From: Bdellovibrionales bacterium
GTDB taxonomy: Bacteria; Bdellovibrionota; Bdellovibrionia; Bdellovibrionales; UBA1609
DNA length: 32,000 nucleotides
NCBI GenBank assembly: GCA_963692945.1
Contig: OY843585.1
Location: 240,001 to 272,000 of the forward strand
Reading direction: 5' to 3'
Of this stretch, positions 27,279 through 32,000 are shown in pieces. The position numbers and the translations under genes are program-made. The notes beneath the pieces are model-generated. The model saw only the letters and a list, made by a program, of their open reading frames with translations, searched no databases and was not told the DNA's origin. The first letter of the stretch is position 1, and the number at the start of each line of letters is the position of its first letter.

Positions 27279-28697
27279 TTATTTCCCTATACAAAATTGC
27301 TTAAAAATAGTGTCTAAAACTTGATCGTCTATTTGTTTTCCTAAAATTTCATACAAAGCAACAAGTCCCCTTCTTAACTCAAGAGCCATAAGGTCTTTTT
27401 CTCCACCCTCGTTTTTTAAAATTTTCATCGCTTGGCTTAAAGAATCTTCCATCGTTTTTAATCCTTTATAGTGACGATAGTTTGTAATGAAGAAATCTTC
27501 TTTTTTAGTTTTTCCAAAAGAACAAATTTTTTCTTTTAATTCTTGCAACCCACTATTTTGTAAAGCACTTACAAAAAAGATATGTTCTTTTGGAAGTTTT
27601 GAAACAAAAGCCGCTTCTTTTTTTTGAAATTTTTTTAAGAGACTTTCTTTTGTCATCTCTTTAGAGCAAAGGTCTTTTTTTGTAAAAACAAGAATTTGAA
27701 TGGGCTCTTGTTCTAAAGAGGTTTTTAAATTTTCCTTCTCAAAACAAGGGCTTAAACTTGTCTTAACTGAATCCACAGATAAAGAATCAACCACTAAAAT
27801 TTGTATATCACTAGAGTTAAACAATTCCTTAGCTCTTTCTTGTCCTTTCTTTTCCCCTTTGCTTTTTGTGGAACGAAATCCCGCTGTATCTTTTAAGTTG
27901 ATATTTAATCCTTCTAGATTTTCTAAAACAGACTCTACAATGTCTCTTGTGGTTCCTTCTTCTTCTGAAACAATGGCTTTGTTTTCTCCTAAAAGAGCAT
28001 TAAACAAAGTGGACTTTCCACTATTAACCAAGCCAAACAAACCACAGACAAGGCCTTTTTGAATTTTTTCAAAAGGCTGATACTTGTTTACTAAAGAGTG
28101 AACCGAGTCCTCCATTTTTTGTAAAAACTTCTCCAAGTTTTCTTCGCTAAGTGTATTTAAATCTTCCGTAGAAAAATCAATATCCGCTTCAACATGACTT
28201 AAAGTTTTTAGCCACTCCTCTCCTAATGTTTCCAATGTTTTTGAAAGAGATCCCTTGAGCTGTTGAAAAGAAATCTGGTGAGAGATTTTGTTTTGACTTT
28301 CTATTAACTGATAAAGCCCTTCCGCTTGTACCAAATCCATTTTTCCATTAGAAAAAGACTGCAGGGAAAACTCTCCTCGTTTTGCAAGACGAGCTCCGTC
28401 ACTTAAAAGGCCTTTTAAAATTTCATTGTATATGATTCCACCATGACAAAAAATCTCTAGAGTTTCTTCTCCCGTAAAAGATTTTCCTTCTGAAAAATAA
28501 GTAAGAACAACTTGATCAATTTCTGCATCGTCTCTTTTTAAAGTTCCCACATAAGCTCGGTGGCTTTCTACCTTTGCAGGCAAAAAAGGAGCTTGTTTTT
28601 TCGTAATCTCTAAGGCTTTTGGACCACTGATGCGAACAACAGATAAAGCCCCTTTACCAGAAGCCGTACAAAGAGCACAAATCGTCTCTTTTATCAT
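27279..28697 (-). CDS. mnmE: tRNA modification GTPase MnmE/TrmE
   Basis: 472 aa. It has the N-terminal ETICALCTA..GALSVVRISG, the G1 motif GLVNSGKSTLFNAL, DTAG, and the C-terminal FCIGK. Confidence 0.95.
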   Translation of the reverse strand: MIKETICALCTASGKGALSVVRISGPKALEITKKQAPFLPAKVESHRAYVGTLKRDDAEIDQVVLTYFSEGKSFTGEETLEIFCHGGIIYNEILKGLLSDGARLAKRGEFSLQSFSNGKMDLVQAEGLYQLIESQNKISHQISFQQLKGSLSKTLETLGEEWLKTLSHVEADIDFSTEDLNTLSEENLEKFLQKMEDSVHSLVNKYQPFEKIQKGLVCGLFGLVNSGKSTLFNALLGENKAIVSEEEGTTRDIVESVLENLEGLNINLKDTAGFRSTKSKGEKKGQERAKELFNSSDIQILVVDSLSVDSVKTSLSPCFEKENLKTSLEQEPIQILVFTKKDLCSKEMTKESLLKKFQKKEAAFVSKLPKEHIFFVSALQNSGLQELKEKICSFGKTKKEDFFITNYRHYKGLKTMEDSLSQAMKILKNEGGEKDLMALELRRGLVALYEILGKQIDDQVLDTIFKQFCIGK

Positions 28698-29206
28698 CCT
28701 TTATCACTTCTAAATGTATCTGGAATCAACTTCATTGTTTTATAAACTCCATCCCCTATAGAAACGCTTGTTACCCCTGTGTTTCCCGAAACCCTTTCAT
28801 GAACCAACCTTCTTTGGTTAGGGGATAAATCTTTTTTAAAAGTAACGGGACGGTTTGTATCTAAAGCTTTAGACACTAGATCATCTGTTAAGTCTAAAAG
28901 ACGTTTTTCATTTTCTTCCCAAAAACCATTGGAATCGATATGAATGCGAATTCTCTCTTCAGGAAGTTGTTGATACAAATATCTTAAAAGATAGGTTTGA
29001 AGAGCCATTAAAAGCCGGCCTCTTTTTGTTTTTAAAAGGCCTTCATCTTCTCCAAAAATATCCACTTTAAAACCACCCTCTTCTTCCTCTACTTTTTCTA
29101 CATGATAAGAAAGAGAAAACCCTCCTTTTTCTAAAATCTCCGAAAGTATTTTTTGAATAAGCTCTTTTGGATCTTTTTTCTTATCTCCAAATAAATTATT
29201 TAACAT
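28694..29206 (-). CDS. jag: Jag/KhpB-type RNA-binding protein (KH + R3H domains)
   Basis: 170 aa. It has the R3H-like segment LSPNQRRLVHERVSG and occupies the conserved position between yidC and mnmE. Confidence 0.8.
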   Translation of the reverse strand: MLNNLFGDKKKDPKELIQKILSEILEKGGFSLSYHVEKVEEEEGGFKVDIFGEDEGLLKTKRGRLLMALQTYLLRYLYQQLPEERIRIHIDSNGFWEENEKRLLDLTDDLVSKALDTNRPVTFKKDLSPNQRRLVHERVSGNTGVTSVSIGDGVYKTMKLIPDTFRSDKG

Positions 29207-29215
29207 ATCTCCTCC

Positions 29216-30769
29216 TTATTGCTGTTGCTTAAATTTTACAAAAAAAGCTTGTTGAACTAAACCAAACACACTACTTATAAAAATATAAAGTGTTAAACCG
29301 CTTGGAAGGTTTAACATAAAAACAGAAAAAACCAGAGGCATAAAAGTTAAAAGACGAGCTTGAGCTGGTGGAACATTCATTGGAGTTATTTTCTGCTGAA
29401 CAAATAAGGTCAAACCTCCTAAAATAGGAAGAACAAAATAAGGATCTTTAGAACTTAAATCTTGTATCCATAAAACGAAAGGGGATTTATAAAGTTCAAT
29501 GCTTTCCCCTAAAACTCTATACAAAGCAAAAAAAACAGGGAACTGAAAAAGTAAGGGCAAGCAACCTCCAAAAGGGCTGGCCTTCTTTTTTTTCATTAAA
29601 GCCATTATTTCTAAATTTAGTTTTTTAGGATCTTCTTTATGCTCTTGTCTTAACTTCTTTATTTCTGGTTGAATGGTCTGCATGATTTTCATAGATTTAT
29701 ACGATTTTATATTTACAGGAAGCAGAAGAAGCCGAATAAAAAAAGTTAGAAGTATAATTGCAAAACCCCAGTTGTGAACAAGGCCATAAAAAGTTTTTAA
29801 AATAATAAGTAATGGGTGTGCCAACCAAGAAAAGAATCCAAAATCAATCCACTTTTTAGCCTCTGGACCTAACCCTTTGAGGCTATCAAGAGACTTAGGC
29901 CCAAAAAAACTTACATAGTTTAAAGTGATAGGCTTCTTGTTTATAAAAGTGTAATCTACCTTAGCCTTAACCCTTCTTTCTTCTTTTTTGACTTTCATTG
30001 TAGGGAGCAAGGAAGACTTATTGATAAAGGCTGTTCCAAAGTATTTTCCACCCAAAGCTCCTATAGAAAAATGAGGATAGACTTGTTCTTCTTCCACGTC
30101 TTCTTTAGTAAAAAGATTCTTTCGCCCTTCAAAAAACACAAACCCTTTAAACATATCTCGTCCATAAGCCGTCAACATTTTTACAAAACCATTCCCTGTG
30201 TCTTCTTTTGGAAGAGATTGACTAAAAACAGTTCTTACACCCTTTAGAGATCCTTTTTTTGGCTTGATATCAAGAGTTGTTTTTAAAAGAAATTTATCCT
30301 CATCAATGGTTATTGTTTTTACTAGGCGAATCTCTTTTGTTACAAAAACACCTTTATATCCCTGCCTGTCTTTTTTGACTTTAAACGGAATCGTCTCCTT
30401 AGATTGTAAAAGTTGAGTTGCAAACAAGGGCTGTTCCGTGCTTTTAAAAAAAATGGGGCTGCCTTTTTTGTCTGAAAATTCCTTCAGTTTAATCTCTTTA
30501 ACTCCAAGCCCTTTTGAAGAAAAAACAATATCCATTTTTTTTCCAGAGTATTTGTAAAGTCTTTCTTTTGATACAGCTGGAGTTATTCTTGTTTTTGTTT
30601 CCTTTAAAACCTCTTCTTTTAGAGTTTCTTTTTCACGAACAATGGGAGGCTTTGAAATGTTGGGATATTTTTTTTTCATATAAGCATCCCAAGCCAACCA
30701 ACAAGCCCCTAAAGCAATGATAGCCAATAAAGAACTTTTATCTAAAAAATTATCTTTTCCTTGTTCCAT
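29216..30769 (-). CDS. yidC: Membrane protein insertase YidC
   Basis: 517 aa. It has an N-terminal TM helix, a large periplasmic domain (diderm type), and the C-terminal core with NWGFAIILLTFFIRLLLLP, M..IQPE.KKL and GGCLP.L.Q.PVFFALY. Confidence 0.95.
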   Translation of the reverse strand: MEQGKDNFLDKSSLLAIIALGACWLAWDAYMKKKYPNISKPPIVREKETLKEEVLKETKTRITPAVSKERLYKYSGKKMDIVFSSKGLGVKEIKLKEFSDKKGSPIFFKSTEQPLFATQLLQSKETIPFKVKKDRQGYKGVFVTKEIRLVKTITIDEDKFLLKTTLDIKPKKGSLKGVRTVFSQSLPKEDTGNGFVKMLTAYGRDMFKGFVFFEGRKNLFTKEDVEEEQVYPHFSIGALGGKYFGTAFINKSSLLPTMKVKKEERRVKAKVDYTFINKKPITLNYVSFFGPKSLDSLKGLGPEAKKWIDFGFFSWLAHPLLIILKTFYGLVHNWGFAIILLTFFIRLLLLPVNIKSYKSMKIMQTIQPEIKKLRQEHKEDPKKLNLEIMALMKKKKASPFGGCLPLLFQFPVFFALYRVLGESIELYKSPFVLWIQDLSSKDPYFVLPILGGLTLFVQQKITPMNVPPAQARLLTFMPLVFSVFMLNLPSGLTLYIFISSVFGLVQQAFFVKFKQQQ

Positions 30770-31057
30770 TTATTTTCCATTAAAATCTATGTCTTCTTTA
30801 TTGTAAGAGGGTCCAAAGGGGTGACATTTTAAAAGTCGCTTGAAAACTATCTTTGTAGCTTCTAAAAAGGAATACTTTTTATAAGCTTCTAATGCATAGT
30901 CACTGCAGCTTGGATAAAAACGACAGGCTGAACCCATCCCTAAAGTTCCAGAAAGAAAACTTTGATAAAAAGCCACAAGAAATAAACTTAAAAACTGTAA
31001 GCTCTTATTTAAACTCTTTGTAAACTTTTTCCATAACCTTTTTAAAAACACTGTCAA
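30770..31057 (-). CDS. yidD: Membrane protein insertion efficiency factor YidD
   Basis: 95 aa. Motifs are FYQSFLS and CRFYPSCSDYALEA. The start is uncertain because the ATG at 31057 overlaps rnpA by 53 nt. Confidence 0.85.
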   Translation of the reverse strand: MTVFLKRLWKKFTKSLNKSLQFLSLFLVAFYQSFLSGTLGMGSACRFYPSCSDYALEAYKKYSFLEATKIVFKRLLKCHPFGPSYNKEDIDFNGK

Positions 31058-31340
31058 AATCCTTCCTTTTAAGGTTTTTATAAAACCCTTTTTCTTTAGG
31101 TAGAAACATCACCAACAAAAACCCTTCGTTTAAAAAACTTCTCTTTAAGTCTTCACATCCCCATCGTTTTAATCTGTTTCTATCAACAGCTCTAGGAATA
31201 TACTTTTTAGGAAGGGACCAAGCTCCAAAAAGATCTTGTTCCTTGTTTTTAAAATAAAGAACTTTCATCCAGCTATAAAAAAAAGAACGTCCTTTATTTT
31301 TTACTAACCCTATATCTTTCTTCTTTTTAAGAGATTTCAA
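31005..31340 (-). CDS. rnpA: RNase P protein component
   Basis: It carries the RNR motif AVDRNRLKRW. The track ORF starts at 31409 but overlaps rpmH out of frame. A TTG at 31340-31338, 5 nt after the rpmH stop, is my preferred start but is uncertain. Confidence 0.75.
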   Translation of the reverse strand: MKSLKKKKDIGLVKNKGRSFFYSWMKVLYFKNKEQDLFGAWSLPKKYIPRAVDRNRLKRWGCEDLKRSFLNEGFLLVMFLPKEKGFYKNLKRKDFDSVFKKVMEKVYKEFK

Positions 31341-31344
31341 GGGG

Positions 31345-31494
31345 TTACTTTTTGCCAATTGTAACAACGAGTTGTTTTCTTCCTTTTCTACGGCGACGAG
31401 ATAAAACATCTCTTCCTGATCGCGTCATTTGACGTTTCCTAAAACCATGACTCCTCTTTCTTTTCACTGAACTTGGCTGATATGTTCGTTTCAT
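31345..31494 (-). CDS. rpmH: 50S ribosomal protein L34
   Basis: Absent from the ORF track because it is under 60 aa. My own translation is [49 protein letters not shown], which matches the L34 consensus MKRT(Y/F)QPS..KR.R.HGFR.RM.T..GR.VL..RR.KGRK.L. Confidence 0.95.
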   Translation of the reverse strand: MKRTYQPSSVKRKRSHGFRKRQMTRSGRDVLSRRRRKGRKQLVVTIGKK

Positions 31495-31645
31495 AAAAAC
31501 TCACCTTTCTTTATATTAAGGTTTTGACGCACAATAAAACATTTTTTCTCTTCCCGTCAAGTCCTTAGCTATGTTAATCCTCTTAGATACCCCTTTTGCC
31601 CGAGGTTATTTTTAGTAAGTATTATTTCTTTTTTGGAGGCTTGTC

Positions 31646-32000
31646 TTGAAAACAAAGGTTCATCCTTTTTGGTCTAATTTTAAAACTTCTATTTTGAAAA
31701 AGAAAAATCAAGACAGTTTTTTTAAGACATGGTTAGAATCTGTCATTTCCGTCCAAGCAGAAAAAAAAGGCAATCAACACGTATTCACCATTCAAACTCC
31801 TTCTGAACTCCATAAAAAATGGATGCAAGAAAATCTTTTAGAAGACTTAAGAATCTCTTTAAAAAACTTCTATAAAGCCCCTTTTAATGTGCATTTTGAA
31901 ATCACACCTTGTTTGCCCTTCAAAACAAACCCTATAAACCCAGCAAAAAAGAACCTTCCTCTTGAAAAAACCGCCTCTTTTTTTAATCCCGACTATGTTT
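31646..32000 (+). CDS. dnaA: Chromosomal replication initiator DnaA, 5' part (runs off the window)
   Basis: The TTG start at 31646 lies 6 nt after a GGAGG (31635-31639). The translation is (M)KTKVHPFWSNFKTSILKKKNQDSFFKTWLESV...HVFTIQTPSELHKKWMQENLLEDLRISL...FFNPDYV. This is the DnaA domain I pattern ending in the conserved NP.Y.F motif. It is divergent from rpmH, as in most bacteria. Confidence 0.85.
   Translation, partial: MKTKVHPFWSNFKTSILKKKNQDSFFKTWLESVISVQAEKKGNQHVFTIQTPSELHKKWMQENLLEDLRISLKNFYKAPFNVHFEITPCLPFKTNPINPAKKNLPLEKTASFFNPDYV

Noticed and set aside
31341-31409. Long form of the rnpA ORF starting at ATG 31409
   Set aside because: It would overlap the last ~22 codons of rpmH in another frame, and the extra N-terminal residues ([23 protein letters not shown]) are simply the out-of-frame reading of L34 codons. 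A start just after the rpmH stop is more plausible.
31495-31645. Possible oriC / DnaA-box cluster between rpmH and dnaA
   Set aside because: By eye I found no TTATCCACA or TGTGGATAA box, or any one-mismatch version. The best match, TGACGCACA, matches only 6 of 9. The origin may lie elsewhere, for example downstream of dnaA outside the window.

Overview
AT-rich (about one-third G+C by eye) bacterial chromosome, almost entirely core housekeeping genes, from the origin-proximal neighbourhood. The right end carries the classic block dnaA(+) / rpmH-rnpA-yidD-yidC-jag-mnmE-mnmG-rsmG-parA-parB(-). Left to right: a periplasmic-binding-fold (LpoA/LivK-like) protein; Lon protease; a small HTH/coiled-coil protein; a membrane-arm-only complex I operon (nuoA-H-J-K-L-M-N, minus strand); mfd; an F1Fo ATP synthase operon (b'-b-delta-alpha-gamma-beta-epsilon, minus strand); an orphan Cys-rich pilin-like ORF; a bactofilin gene missing from the ORF track; then the par/gid/yidC/rnpA/rpmH block and the 5' end of dnaA. 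I found no CRISPR array, tRNA, rRNA, transposase or defence-type gene cluster, so most of the window is ordinary. Five things deserve a second look. (1) A near-consensus promoter sits about 7 nt upstream of an ATG, followed by a C9 homopolymer. The tract is one nucleotide away from fusing that ATG to the 273-codon Cys-rich ORF with a prepilin-like N-terminus, which looks like a phase-variable contingency locus. (2) A clear bactofilin ORF abuts parB but has no ATG/GTG/TTG start; it has only an SD-spaced ATA, or a possible -1 slip from parB. (3) Three recent local duplications sit at gene junctions of essential operons. One is a 149-bp inverted copy of the first gene fused in frame to the 3' end of nuoM. 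One is a 180-bp tandem duplication of the atpH/atpA junction that creates a 58-codon chimeric ORF. One is a 46-bp tandem duplication at the mfd/atpC convergent ends. (4) The split architecture of the nuo and atp operons. (5) Short repeated motifs and palindromes in two intergenic regions. All functional calls rest on motifs read by eye from the translations; no database search was possible.
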